Assembly: GCA_965237375.1 (NCBI GenBank)
Contig: CBDEFI010000006.1
Span: 736,610 to 800,609, forward strand
Length of the DNA stretch: 64,000 bases
Direction: 5' to 3'
DNA from: Acidimicrobiales bacterium
GTDB lineage: Bacteria; Actinomycetota; Acidimicrobiia; Acidimicrobiales; CATQHL01
The notes below the pieces were generated by a model. That model did not search any database. It saw only the letters and a program-made list of their open reading frames with translations, and was not told where the DNA came from. This document shows positions 48,041 through 58,319 of the stretch, in pieces (the stretch's first letter is position 1; each line of letters begins with the position of its first letter). Made by a program: the position numbers and the translations under genes.

Positions 48041-48746
48041 GATGAACATCTACGCCGACCGGGGCAACATCGCCGTGCTCGCCGGGCGGCTGCGGAGCCG
48101 CGGGCTGGACCTCGAGTTGCACGAGGCGGGGCCCGGGGAGCCGATTCCCGCCGGCGGCGCGGACCTGCTGTACCTGGGAGGCGGGCAGGACCGCGATCAG
48201 CTGGCCGTCGCCGCCGACCTGGCTGCCACGAAGGCCGCCGGGGTGCGCGGGTTGCTGAACGGTGGCGCCGCCGGCCTGTTCGTCTGCGGCGGCTACCAAC
48301 TCGCCGGGCACAGCTACCGCACCGCCCGCGGCGAGACCGTGGAGGGCATCGGCGTGCTCGACGTCACGACGACCGCCGGCGACAACCGCCTGATCGGCGA
48401 CATCGTGCTGCGCAGCGACCTGGGACCGGCACCGGGACGTCTCGTCGGCTACGAGAACCACGCCGGGCGCACCACCCTCGCCGACGGGACCGAGGCCCTG
48501 GGGCGGGTGGTGAAGGGCCACGGCAACAACGGCCGGGACCGCACGGAGGGCGCCGTGGCCGACCGCACGATCGGCACCTACCTGCACGGGCCGCTCCTGC
48601 CGAAGAATCCGTGGCTGGCCGACCTGCTGCTGGCCTGGGCGCTGGAGCACCGCTACGGCCGGCCGTTCAGCCTCGAACCCCTCGACGACGGCATGGAGGA
48701 CGCAGCCCACGCCGCCGCGGTGGCCCGCGCCAACCGCCGCCGCTGA
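47997..48746 (+). CDS. gatD: GatD glutamine amidotransferase subunit
   Basis: HLYP..MNIYADRGN, GGGQD, CGGYQ, GYENH, TYLHGPLLPKN. Confidence 0.92.
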   Translation: MNTPTVRLCHLYPREMNIYADRGNIAVLAGRLRSRGLDLELHEAGPGEPIPAGGADLLYLGGGQDRDQLAVAADLAATKAAGVRGLLNGGAAGLFVCGGYQLAGHSYRTARGETVEGIGVLDVTTTAGDNRLIGDIVLRSDLGPAPGRLVGYENHAGRTTLADGTEALGRVVKGHGNNGRDRTEGAVADRTIGTYLHGPLLPKNPWLADLLLAWALEHRYGRPFSLEPLDDGMEDAAHAAAVARANRRR

Positions 48747-48797
48747 TCGCCCACACCGGCGCGGTCCCGACAGGCGCCACGTCGTTAGGGTGAGGGG

Positions 48798-49622
48798 GTG
48801 CCACCCACCGGCGATGCCCGCCAACGTCCCGACCGCCACGACACCAACGACCATCGACTGGCGGCAGCGCTGGCGACCGAGACGGGAACGCTGCTGGTGG
48901 ACCTGCGGCGACGACGCCGGCTCGACACCGGCGAGGACCTGCACCACCCCGACGCCCTGCGCGCCGCCGGCGACCGGCTCGCCCACGAACTGCTCGCTGC
49001 AGCCCTCGGCGAGGCTCGGCCGCACGACGCGGTGCTGTCCGAGGAGGCTCCCGACGACGGGCGCCGACTGGCTTACCGACGGGTGTGGATCATCGATCCC
49101 CTCGACGGCACCCGCCAGTACGGCGAACCGGGACGGACGGACTGGGCCGTCCACGTGGCCCTGGTGATCGACGGGATGCCCGTGGCGGGGGCCGTGGCGC
49201 TGCCCGCCGAGGGCGTGACGCTCAGCACCGCCGAGCCTCCGGTCCTGCCGCCACCGGCAAGCGAGGGAGCGGGCACCCGTCTGCGGGTGATCGGCAGCCG
49301 CAGCCGGCCGAACCGCCATGCGGCAGCGGTGGCGGCGGCACTCGGCGCCGAGTTGGATGCCCTCGGCTCGGTCGGCGCCAAGGTCGCGGCGGTCATCGAG
49401 GGCCGGGCCGACGCCTACGTGCACTCCGGCGGCCAGTACGAGTGGGACTCGGCCGCCCCGGTGGCGGTGGCGGTGGCGTGCGGCCTGCACGCCTCCCGGC
49501 TAGACGGCCGGCCTCTGCGCTACAACCGGGCCGACCCCGAACTCCCCAACCTGCTTATCTGCCGCCCGGAGATCGCCGAGGCCGCCGTCGCCGCGGCTGC
49601 GGCTGTCGGCATACCCGCCTGA
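48798..49622 (+). CDS. cysQ: 3'(2'),5'-bisphosphate nucleotidase, inositol monophosphatase family
   Basis: [26 protein letters not shown]. Confidence 0.85.
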   Translation: MPPTGDARQRPDRHDTNDHRLAAALATETGTLLVDLRRRRRLDTGEDLHHPDALRAAGDRLAHELLAAALGEARPHDAVLSEEAPDDGRRLAYRRVWIIDPLDGTRQYGEPGRTDWAVHVALVIDGMPVAGAVALPAEGVTLSTAEPPVLPPPASEGAGTRLRVIGSRSRPNRHAAAVAAALGAELDALGSVGAKVAAVIEGRADAYVHSGGQYEWDSAAPVAVAVACGLHASRLDGRPLRYNRADPELPNLLICRPEIAEAAVAAAAAVGIPA

Positions 49623-49629
49623 CTTCGCC

Positions 49630-50289
49630 GTGCGCATCGTCGTCGCCCGCTGCACCGTCGACTACGAGGGGCGGCTGGCCGCCCACCTCGCCGAGGCGAT
49701 CCGTCTCATCATGGTCAAGGCCGACGGGAGCATCGCGGTTCACGCCGACGGGGGCGCCTACAAGCCTTTGAACTGGATGAACCCACCCAACCGGCTCACC
49801 GAGGAGCCAGACCGCTGGACGATCACCAACAGCCGCGGGGAACGGCTCGTCATCGACCTGCTGGAGGTGCTGTCGGACATCAGCCACGAACTCGGAGCCG
49901 ACCCCGGGTTGCGCAAGGACGGCGTGGAGGCACACCTGCAGGAGTTGCTGGCCGCCGATCCCACCGTGCTGGCGGAGGGCTACCGCCTGGTCCGCCGCGA
50001 GTACCCCACCGCTGTCGGCCCGGTGGACCTGCTCTGTCGCGACGCCGACGGCGCGGCGGTGGCCGTGGAGGTCAAGAGGCGGGGCGAGACCGCCGGCGTG
50101 GAGCAGCTCAGCCGCTACCTGGAGTTCCTGAACGCCGACCCCGCCCTGGGGCCCGTGCAGGGCCTGCTGGTGGCCGAGGAGATCAAACCGCAAGCGCGGG
50201 TCTTGGCCGCCTCGCGGGGGATCCGCTGCCAGGTGATTGACTACGCCACCCTGCGGGGTGACGCCCCGATGGACCTGCGCCTCTTCTAG
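49630..50289 (+). CDS. nucS: Mismatch-specific endonuclease NucS/EndoMS
   Basis: [45 protein letters not shown]. Confidence 0.95.
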   Translation: MRIVVARCTVDYEGRLAAHLAEAIRLIMVKADGSIAVHADGGAYKPLNWMNPPNRLTEEPDRWTITNSRGERLVIDLLEVLSDISHELGADPGLRKDGVEAHLQELLAADPTVLAEGYRLVRREYPTAVGPVDLLCRDADGAAVAVEVKRRGETAGVEQLSRYLEFLNADPALGPVQGLLVAEEIKPQARVLAASRGIRCQVIDYATLRGDAPMDLRLF

Positions 50290-50362
50290 GAGCCCGCCGG
50301 GCACTCCTGACACCTCTGCCGCCATTGGCGAGCGGTACCCTCAATGCATAGAGCCACCTGAT

Positions 50363-52423
50363 GTGCCGCACCCCTTTGGGGAGCCTGCCGACGGTTACCG
50401 GCCCCGCAGACCGCGGCGCACCCGCCTGCTGATCATCGTGGTGGCGGCGGCCGCCGCCGGGTTCCTCGGCATCTACATCGCCGACATGGTCGTGCGTTCC
50501 GGGGAGTCGGTGAACAACGTGACCCTCGACGGTGTCGACGTGGGCGGGCTCTCCGAGGCCGAGATTCGCACCGAGGTCGAGCGCCTGGCCGGCAACTTCG
50601 CCGCCCGCGACATGCCGCTGCTGACGCCGGGCGGGACGATTTCCGCCACCACCGGCCAACTCGGGTTCAGCCTGGACGTGGAGGCGAACGTGGACGCCGC
50701 CCTGGCAGCCGGGCAGACCGGCGCATCGCCCATCGCCTGGGCCTCGTCGTTCTTCGGCGAGCAGGAACTGCACGCCATCATCCGCTGGGACGAGCAGACG
50801 GCGCTCGGCTTCGTGGACGGCTTCGAGACGCTGCTGGTCAAGAACAGCGAGCCGGCTCGGCTGGCGCTGCACAACGGAGTATTCGTGGTGGAGCCGGGGG
50901 TGACCGGCGAGCAGGTGACGGCCGGTGACGTCCTGGCGGCGCTGCGCCGGGCGGGCGGCGCGCTGACCCCGCCGGAGGTCCTGATCGTCGAGGCCTCGAC
51001 GTTCCCCCCGCCGGTCACAGCCGTCGAGCTGCAACCCACCGCCGACTACGTGAACGCCCGGACGGCCCGCGGGGTGGTCGTCCACGTCGAGGATGTCATC
51101 CGTGACTTCGTGCCCCACGAGGTGCGGGACTGGCTCACGGTCACGCCCGGTCCCGAGCCTGCCATCGACCTCGACACCGCCTACGTCACGCGGATCGTCG
51201 AGGACCGTCTGGCGAACATCGCCGTGCCGGGCTACGCAGGGGCCTTTACCGTGGTCAACGGCGTGCCCACGCCGACGAGCGCCAGGCTCGCCCGCCGCTG
51301 CTGCGCACCGAACGCCGGCGAGGCGGTGCTCGCCGCGCTCCGGGCCGGCCACCACGAAGTGCGGCTGCACCTCACCGATGTTCCCGAAAGTGCAGGCGAC
51401 CTGATCGCCCAGACGGGCATCCGGGAGTTGGTGGGCGAGTTCACCACCTACTACACGCCCGGCCAGTCGCGTGTGACCAACATCCGCCGCATCGCCGAGT
51501 TGGTGCAGGGTGCAATCATCGGTCCCGGCGAGTCGTGGTCGGTGAACGACTACGTGGGGCGCCGCACCGAGGCCAAGGGGTTCGTGCCTGGCGGCGTCAT
51601 CTACGCGGGCATATTCCAGGCCGACGTGGGGGGCGGCGTGTCGCAGTTCGCCACCACGATGTTCAACGCCGCGTTCTTTGCCGGCCTGGACTTCGGGGAG
51701 TACCAGGCGCACTCCATCTACATCTCCCGCTACCCCTACGGTCGCGAGGCCACGATCTCCTACCCCCACCCCGATCTGCAACTCGTCAACAACACGCCCT
51801 ACTCCGTCCTCCTGTGGCCGACCGCTACCGAGGAATCCGTCACGGTGCAGATCTACAGCACCCTGCACATGACCGTCACCCAGAGCGACCAGCGGGAGGA
51901 GCCCGACGACCTGTGCACCAAGGTCTTTACCGAGCGGACGAGAACGTTCGCCGACGGATTGGCCGTCACCGACGTCGTGCGGGCCAACTACCAGCCCGCC
52001 GAAGGCCTCAACTGCCAGGGCGAGCCGTTCGTGCCACCGCCGGACTGCGCACCGGGCCAGGGCGCCGTGGACTCCGACAACGACGGCTGGGCCGACGCCT
52101 GCCGGGCGCTCTGCCCGGTCGTCGCCGACGCCGGACCCGCGGACGGCGTGACAGAGGGCGAGGGCACGGCGACCGGGACGGAGAGAGCCGGGACCGGCGA
52201 CTGCGTGGCGGTCTGCACCGCGGTGCCCGAGGGCGATGGCGAGACCGACGTCGCGCCCTGCATCCCGCTCTGCGGGCCCGACGACGTCGACGCCCCGCCG
52301 GGATCGTGCGCCCGACCCGAGGACGTCCCGACGGCGCCCGACACCGAACCCGAGTCCACTCCTGAGGGCACGCCGACATCCGAACCTCCGACCGACGCGG
52401 AACCTCAGGGCACCGACGCGTGA
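50363..52423 (+). CDS. Membrane-anchored VanW family protein with Cys/Asp-rich C-terminal extension
   Basis: N-terminal TM helix; RVTNI, GGGVSQFATTMFNA, HSIYISRYPYGREAT, DLQLVN; start approximate. Confidence 0.85.
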   Translation: MPHPFGEPADGYRPRRPRRTRLLIIVVAAAAAGFLGIYIADMVVRSGESVNNVTLDGVDVGGLSEAEIRTEVERLAGNFAARDMPLLTPGGTISATTGQLGFSLDVEANVDAALAAGQTGASPIAWASSFFGEQELHAIIRWDEQTALGFVDGFETLLVKNSEPARLALHNGVFVVEPGVTGEQVTAGDVLAALRRAGGALTPPEVLIVEASTFPPPVTAVELQPTADYVNARTARGVVVHVEDVIRDFVPHEVRDWLTVTPGPEPAIDLDTAYVTRIVEDRLANIAVPGYAGAFTVVNGVPTPTSARLARRCCAPNAGEAVLAALRAGHHEVRLHLTDVPESAGDLIAQTGIRELVGEFTTYYTPGQSRVTNIRRIAELVQGAIIGPGESWSVNDYVGRRTEAKGFVPGGVIYAGIFQADVGGGVSQFATTMFNAAFFAGLDFGEYQAHSIYISRYPYGREATISYPHPDLQLVNNTPYSVLLWPTATEESVTVQIYSTLHMTVTQSDQREEPDDLCTKVFTERTRTFADGLAVTDVVRANYQPAEGLNCQGEPFVPPPDCAPGQGAVDSDNDGWADACRALCPVVADAGPADGVTEGEGTATGTERAGTGDCVAVCTAVPEGDGETDVAPCIPLCGPDDVDAPPGSCARPEDVPTAPDTEPESTPEGTPTSEPPTDAEPQGTDA

Positions 52424-52517
52424 CCTCCCACACGGCCACTATGTCAACCGCAGAACCGGCTCCCCCGGCCGACGGCGCCCCCATCACGGGCGTCGCGGCC
52501 GGCACGGACATCGACCG

Positions 52518-53735
52518 GTGAATGCCCGCGCCGCCGACGTGGCCGTCGTTGGGGCCGGGCCGGCGGGCATCGCGGCCGCCATCGGCCTGGCCCGTGCCGG
52601 GCTCTCGGTCGTCGTGATGGACAAGACCCGCTTCCCCCGCGACAAGTACTGCGGCGACGGCCTCACCACCGGGGCGCTCCGACTACTGGAGCACCTCGGG
52701 CTGGACCCGACGTCGGTCACGTCGTGGCACCCGTCGCAGCGACTGGTGGTCCGTTCGCCGTCGGGCCGGCAGGTCGTCTATCCCCTCCCCCCGCAGGGCC
52801 AGTACGCGGCCACCGCGCAGCGCCGCCATCTCGACGCGGCCCTCGTCGGCCTGGCACGGCACGCCGGCGTGGAGGTTCTGGACGGCTCCGCCTGCGACGG
52901 CGTGACCGCCACCGACGACCGTGTGGTGCTCAGCACCCGCGGCGCCGGCTCGCTGCATGCCCGCTACGCGGTGGCCGCCGACGGGATGTGGTCACCGGTG
53001 CGCCGGATGCTGGGACTGGCGGTGCCGTCGTACCGGGGCGACTGGCACGCCTTCCGCCAGTACCACGCCGGGGTCGGCCCCGAGGCCGCCGAGGCACTGC
53101 ACGTGTGGTTCGAGCCCGAGATCCTGCCGGGCTACGTCTGGTCGTTCCCGCTGCCCGGCGGGCGGGCCAACGTGGGCTTCGGCGTCTCGCGGTCGACGCA
53201 CCGCACCGGCAACCTGGGGCGGCTGTGGACCGAACTGCGCCAACGCCCGCACATCGCCGCTGTGCTGGGGCCGGAGGCCACACCCGCCGACCGGCCTCGC
53301 GCCTGGCCGATCCCCACGCGGCTCGGCGACCTGCCTCTGGCCGCACCACGGGTGCTGTTCTGCGGCGACGCCGCCGGCGTGGGCGACCCCATGACCGGCG
53401 AGGGCATCGGCCAGGCCCTTCTCAGCGGACTGCTGGCGGCCGACGCGCTGGCCACAGCCGGACCCCTGGACCACGACACAGCGGGGCGGCGGTATCGGGC
53501 AGCCGTGGACCGCCACCTGCGTCGGGACTTCCGCTTCACCCGCACGCTGGGGCGGGCCCTGCGCACACCCACCGGGGTGCGGGCGGCCGTGCGGATCTCG
53601 GGGGCAACCCCGTACACGCGCCGCAACTTCGCCCGCTGGCTCTTCGAGGACTACCCCCGGGCGCTCGTCCTGACGCCCGACCGCTGGCAACGCGGCGCCC
53701 TCGGCGGCGGCGCCTTCGGGGACCGGGCAGCCTGA
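52518..53735 (+). CDS. Geranylgeranyl reductase family FAD-dependent oxidoreductase
   Basis: VVGAGPAG, FPRDKYCGDG, AADG, GYVWSFP, GDAAG...GEGI. Confidence 0.88.
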   Translation: MNARAADVAVVGAGPAGIAAAIGLARAGLSVVVMDKTRFPRDKYCGDGLTTGALRLLEHLGLDPTSVTSWHPSQRLVVRSPSGRQVVYPLPPQGQYAATAQRRHLDAALVGLARHAGVEVLDGSACDGVTATDDRVVLSTRGAGSLHARYAVAADGMWSPVRRMLGLAVPSYRGDWHAFRQYHAGVGPEAAEALHVWFEPEILPGYVWSFPLPGGRANVGFGVSRSTHRTGNLGRLWTELRQRPHIAAVLGPEATPADRPRAWPIPTRLGDLPLAAPRVLFCGDAAGVGDPMTGEGIGQALLSGLLAADALATAGPLDHDTAGRRYRAAVDRHLRRDFRFTRTLGRALRTPTGVRAAVRISGATPYTRRNFARWLFEDYPRALVLTPDRWQRGALGGGAFGDRAA

Positions 53736-53751
53736 GCCGCCGCCGGAGAAG

Positions 53752-53937
53752 TCAGTTGACCGACACCGCCTCGGAGTCGGTGGACAGCAGGAGCCGCAGG
53801 TCCAGCAGCACGTCGGTGAACTCCGTGCGGGACACCAGCTCGCGCATGGCCATCTCGCCCAGCTTCCCGTCGATGAGGGCAAGCGCCTGATCGCGGGTCG
53901 TGACTTCGCTGGCAGGGGGGGCGGCGGTTTCGGTCAT
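53752..53937 (-). CDS. Small hypothetical protein (61 aa)
   Basis: ATG with AGGA/GGA upstream; amphipathic LIDGKL...RELVSRTEFTDVLLDLR. Confidence 0.55.
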   Translation of the reverse strand: MTETAAPPASEVTTRDQALALIDGKLGEMAMRELVSRTEFTDVLLDLRLLLSTDSEAVSVN

Positions 53938-54158
53938 ATTCCGATCCTATTACGTCGTACAGGTACCGCCGCGTGCTCACAGCACCCATTTGACATTTTC
54001 TTACTAACTGCGCACCGACCTCAGGCCGATCTGGGAGCAGCGTCGCGCCAGCCACGCAGTGACGTCGCGGCAACCTCTCGCCACATCGCACGGGCCGGCA
54101 ACGGGCCGGTTCCCGGTTGTCCGTCCGGGGTGCGACAGTATTCGGGGAGGGGTGTGAC

Positions 54159-55235
54159 ATGAGCACAGAACCGAGCGTTGCGGTGTACGAGGCCCGCGCC
54201 GAGGAGTGGCAGCGCCAACGCTCGCGCCAGTACAGCGACCGTCTGGAGCGGTTCGGGGCCCGGGTGGCGGCGGGGCCGGTCGCCCCCGGCCCGGTAGGCG
54301 ACCTGGGGTGCGGGCCGGGATGGCACACCGGTGCTCTGCCACAACCGGCGGTGGCGCTGGACGCCAGCCGGTCGATGCTGGCGCTGGTAGAGGCACCGCT
54401 GCGAGTGGCCGCCGACCTGCGCGCCCTGCCGTTGCGGCGCGGCTCGCTGCGCGGGGCCTGGGCCTCGCGGTCCTACATCCACCTGGCCCGCTCCGAGTTG
54501 CCCCTCGCACTGGCCGACCTGCATCGCGCCCTGGCGCCGGATGCCGCCGTGGAACTCCATCTCTTCGAGGGCGATGCGGAGTGGGACAAGCGCGCCGACG
54601 ACGACTTCCCGGGGCGGCGCTTCTCCCGCTGGCCGCTCCCCTCGCTACAGGACGTGCTCACGGGGGCCGGCCTGGCCGTCGAGAGTGTCGAACACCGCAA
54701 GAAGGTGCTGCTGGTGGCGGCCCGGCGCCGTCACACGCTGGCCGACACCGTCGGCGGCGGGATGCGGCTGCTGATCTGCGGGCTGAACCCCAGCCTGTAC
54801 GCCGCCGAGGTGGGTATCGGCTTCGCCCGCGGCGGCAACCGGTTCTGGCCCGCCGCCCTCGCCGCCGGGCTCGTGAGCCGCGACCGCGATCCCCGCCACG
54901 CCCTGACGGCCCACCGGGTCGGCATGACCGACCTGGTCAAGCACCCCACCCGGCGCGCCGACGAACTGACGACCGCGGAGTACACCGAGGGTTTGGGCCG
55001 CCTGGAGCGCCTCGCGGAGCGCCTGCAGCCTGGAGCCGTCTGCTTCGTGGGTCTGGCCGGCTGGCGGGCCGCCGTGGACCGTCGAGCCACCCCCGGGCAC
55101 CAGACCCGCCGCATCGGCGGCCGACCCTCCTACCTCATGCCCTCCACCAGCGGCCTCAACGCCCGCAGCACCCTGGAGCAGCTCACCACGCACCTCCAAG
55201 CCGCCACCACCCTGACCGACGCCGGGACGGACTGA
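54159..55235 (+). CDS. Class I SAM methyltransferase fused to a MUG/TDG-family DNA glycosylase domain
   Basis: DLGCGPG, LDAS, ADLRALP; then ICGLNPS, FARGGNRFW, GMTDLV, MPSTSGLNA. Confidence 0.85.
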   Translation: MSTEPSVAVYEARAEEWQRQRSRQYSDRLERFGARVAAGPVAPGPVGDLGCGPGWHTGALPQPAVALDASRSMLALVEAPLRVAADLRALPLRRGSLRGAWASRSYIHLARSELPLALADLHRALAPDAAVELHLFEGDAEWDKRADDDFPGRRFSRWPLPSLQDVLTGAGLAVESVEHRKKVLLVAARRRHTLADTVGGGMRLLICGLNPSLYAAEVGIGFARGGNRFWPAALAAGLVSRDRDPRHALTAHRVGMTDLVKHPTRRADELTTAEYTEGLGRLERLAERLQPGAVCFVGLAGWRAAVDRRATPGHQTRRIGGRPSYLMPSTSGLNARSTLEQLTTHLQAATTLTDAGTD

Positions 55236-55363
55236 GATTTGGGCGGGGCAGAACCGGGGACTCCGCGAGCCGGTCGCCGGCATGCTCCGTCGGGCCGCCC
55301 GGGCCCAGGTGGGGACAATCCAGCCGCCCGGATCGGAGAAGACCGCCGCGCTTGCCCGACCGC

Positions 55364-56122
55364 TCAGACGGCGTGGGTGCGGTCCGAGAGCCTCGAGGCG
55401 GCGGGGAGGTCGGCGACGACGGTGACGTGGGGGTGGAGTTGGAGGGCCGAAGCGGGCAGATCGGTGGTGACCGGTCCATCCAGGGCGGCATGCAGGGCGG
55501 CTGCCTTGGCCTCGCCGCGGGCGACGAGCAGGAGGTGCGCCGCCCTGCGGATGGTGCCGATGCCCTGGGTGAGGGCGCGGTGAGGAACCTCCCACGGGTC
55601 GTCGAAGAAGCGGGCGTTGTCTCGTCGGGTCTGCTCGGCGATGGTGACCGGGCGAGTGCGCCCCGACAGCGACGAGCCGGGCTCGTTGAAGGCGAGGTGG
55701 CCGTTGCGGCCGATGCCCAGGATCTGCAGGTCCACGCCGGCGCCGAGCACGTGCTCGTAGCGGGCGCATGCGGCGTACAGATCAGCAGCGCCGGCGTCGG
55801 GGCCGCGAACGGCATCGGGGGCGAAATCAACGTGGTCGGTGAGGACGGTCCGGATCACGTTGCAGTAGGCCTGCGGGTGGTCGTCGGCCAACCCCACGTA
55901 CTCGTCCAGCAGGTACGCCCGCGCCCCGGCGAAGCTCAGCCCGTCCCGGCGGTGACGGCGGACAAGCTCGCGGTAGAGTCCCAGCACCGAGCCGCCGGTG
56001 GCCAGCCCCAGCACCGGCGACTGCGCCGAGGACAGACAGTTCTGCACCACGTCGGCGGCGAGCGTGGCCAACTCGCCGCCGTCTCGGGCGACGAGAAGGC
56101 GCACGCCCGGTCGGGCGGTCAC
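55364..56122 (-). CDS. nagB: Glucosamine-6-phosphate deaminase
   Basis: LGLATG, LDEYVGL, QILGIGRNGHLAFNEPG, TQGIGTI, PASALQLH. Confidence 0.92.
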   Translation of the reverse strand: MTARPGVRLLVARDGGELATLAADVVQNCLSSAQSPVLGLATGGSVLGLYRELVRRHRRDGLSFAGARAYLLDEYVGLADDHPQAYCNVIRTVLTDHVDFAPDAVRGPDAGAADLYAACARYEHVLGAGVDLQILGIGRNGHLAFNEPGSSLSGRTRPVTIAEQTRRDNARFFDDPWEVPHRALTQGIGTIRRAAHLLLVARGEAKAAALHAALDGPVTTDLPASALQLHPHVTVVADLPAASRLSDRTHAV

Positions 56123-56877
56123 TCTGTGGTTCTGGCGCCGGTGATGAAGGCGACCAGATCGTCCTTGGTCACCTCGTCGATGGTGGCCTCGGCTGTCTTG
56201 CGGCCCTGACGCAGCACGACGACGTGATCGCACACGGCGGTGACGCGGTCCATGTTGTGGGTGATCAGCAGCACCGCCACGCCGCCCGCACGCAGGTTGC
56301 CGATGAGGTCCATCACGCGGGCGGTCTGCTCCACCCCGAGAGCCGCAGCAGGCTCGTCGAGCAGCACGATGCCCTGACCCCAGGCCACGGCCCGCCCGAT
56401 GGCGACCGCCTGGCGCTGCCCGCCCGACAGGAGCCCCGCAGCCCGGCGCAGCGACGGGATGCGGATGTCCAGGCGCCCCAGCGTTGCCTCGCACTCGGCA
56501 CGCATGCGCTTGTGGTCGAGCAGGCCGATGCGGCGTCCGATCGCCCCGCCGCGGCAGTGCTCGCGGTTCAGGAACAGATTGGACGCCACATCGAGGGTGT
56601 CGATCACCGCCAGCGACTGGTGGACAGTCTCGATGCCGAGTGTGCGGGCGGCGTCGGGCGACGGGATGGATGTCCCGACGCCGTCGACGGTGAATCTGCC
56701 GGAGTCGGGTTGGTACACCCCGGCGAGGCACTTCACCAGCGTGGACTTGCCGGCGCCGTTGTCGCCCAGCAGGGCGGTGACACGCCCGTACCGCAGGTCG
56801 ATGGACACGTCGTCGAGGGCCTGCACCGCCCGGAAGGCCTTCGAGACGCCCTCGGCGACCAGGGCAGGGGTACTCAT
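56119..56877 (-). CDS. Sugar ABC transporter ATP-binding protein
   Basis: GDNGAGKST, LSGGQRQ, LLDEP, ITH. Confidence 0.93.
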   Translation of the reverse strand: MSTPALVAEGVSKAFRAVQALDDVSIDLRYGRVTALLGDNGAGKSTLVKCLAGVYQPDSGRFTVDGVGTSIPSPDAARTLGIETVHQSLAVIDTLDVASNLFLNREHCRGGAIGRRIGLLDHKRMRAECEATLGRLDIRIPSLRRAAGLLSGGQRQAVAIGRAVAWGQGIVLLDEPAAALGVEQTARVMDLIGNLRAGGVAVLLITHNMDRVTAVCDHVVVLRQGRKTAEATIDEVTKDDLVAFITGARTTE

Positions 56878-56961
56878 GGCGGACGGCTCATCGGAGTATC
56901 CGGTCGGAGGGCCGGCGTAGGAGGACTGCGGAGCGGCCCGGCTTGGGAGAACCACCGCCGC

Positions 56962-58170
56962 TCACCGAACTTCCCTGTCGGCCGGTCGACCGAGAGTGTC
57001 CCAGATACCTGCGACCACCGGCACCCCGGCGGAGACGCCGGACAGGCCCACCACGTGCGCACGCGTCACGAAGGCCTGGACGCGGAACCCGAAGATCACG
57101 GTGTCGCCCTCGCCGACGTTGCGGTTCTGCGGCGGGTGCAGCCTGGCGTAGTAGTCGATGCCGGCCGGATCGGGGAAGTCCACCGCCACCGGCGCCCCGG
57201 AGGAAACCTCCGACGGGTCAGCGGCCACGAGCGCCGCCGGGCTGTAGGGCTCGAACACAGGATCGATGTACAGCCCCCCGCCGAAGCACAGGGGAACACC
57301 GGCGTGGACGTGCGACACCTCGCTGAGGTAGAGCACCCCCGGCCGCTCGGGCAGGTCCCCCACGGTATGCAGCGGCGTCGTGCCCGTGAGGCCGTGACCC
57401 GGCTCCACCTGCGTGGCGCCCGCCTCGGCGAGCAGGTCGAGGACCGCGGTGGACGTGGTGCCGGGAGCGTTCACCTCCACGGTGGCCTCAGGGCCGAGAC
57501 GGCGCCGGGCCAGGTCCGCAGCACGGGCCAGGGTTTCGACGTTGCGGGTGGTGCGGGCACCGCCGGTGGCAGGGTCGAACAGCAGGGCCGGGAAAGTGGT
57601 CACCCCGGCGAAGCGGGCCCCGGCCATCGCCTCCACCCGGTCGATCACACCGGCGAGTTCGTTCAGCGGCACGCCGCCCTCGTGGCCGGGGTAGAACTCG
57701 TCAGCCTCGTCGCAGACGCGCACCAGCAGATCCTGCGTACGCCCTGCCGCTGCGGCCGCGGCCGCGGCTTCGGCGGCTTTGCCCGTGCTGAAGACCGTCC
57801 AGTGGTCGGGTCGCAGCGCGGCCGCCTCGGCCGCCTCGGCCCGCGGCACCTGCACGAGGTGGCCCAGATGGCCCAGCCGGTGGCCGTTGGAGACGACGGC
57901 CCGGGCGCAGTCCATGTCCACCGCCACGTAGCCGTCCACGCCGCCGCCGGTCATGGCCTCCAGCGCACCGGGCGCCCGGCCCAGTTGCTTGGTCATGGCG
58001 TAGACGGTGAGCCCACGCCGGTGGGCCGCCGCACAGAAGCCGGCGGTGTTGGCGGCGACGGCATCGAGATCCAGCACGTAGCTGTTGGCGGGGATCCCAC
58101 CCGACCGGTGCAGCGCCACGGCGGCCTGCACGAACTCGAGATTCCGCCGCATCAACACCTGCAAGAACAC
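56962..58170 (-). CDS. YhfX-like PLP-dependent enzyme (alanine racemase N-terminal fold)
   Basis: MFL...RRN, YVLDLD, YAMTKQ (PLP Lys), GHLGHLVQVP, YPGHEGG, EPGHGLTGTTP, YLSEVSH, FRVQAFVTR. Confidence 0.82.
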   Translation of the reverse strand: MFLQVLMRRNLEFVQAAVALHRSGGIPANSYVLDLDAVAANTAGFCAAAHRRGLTVYAMTKQLGRAPGALEAMTGGGVDGYVAVDMDCARAVVSNGHRLGHLGHLVQVPRAEAAEAAALRPDHWTVFSTGKAAEAAAAAAAAGRTQDLLVRVCDEADEFYPGHEGGVPLNELAGVIDRVEAMAGARFAGVTTFPALLFDPATGGARTTRNVETLARAADLARRRLGPEATVEVNAPGTTSTAVLDLLAEAGATQVEPGHGLTGTTPLHTVGDLPERPGVLYLSEVSHVHAGVPLCFGGGLYIDPVFEPYSPAALVAADPSEVSSGAPVAVDFPDPAGIDYYARLHPPQNRNVGEGDTVIFGFRVQAFVTRAHVVGLSGVSAGVPVVAGIWDTLGRPADREVR

Positions 58171-58199
58171 GATCCGGCCCTCCTAGGAAACCGCTGCCC

Positions 58200-58284
58200 G
58201 ATCCACGGGCAACTCGAGCTGGCCCGCCGGGCAGTGGATTCTGGCCCCGGATCGGGTCCGGGACAGGCTCTCCGCCGGAATGAC
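58200..58284 (-). repeat. REP/MITE-like element copy 3 (with nested hairpin)
   Basis: Minus strand GTCATTCCGGCGGAGAGCCTGTCCCGGACCCGATCCGGGGCCAGAATCCACTGCC. Confidence 0.8.
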
Positions 58285-58319
58285 AGAAGAGGTTGACCGG
58301 CGCATTACTCGGCGGCCTC

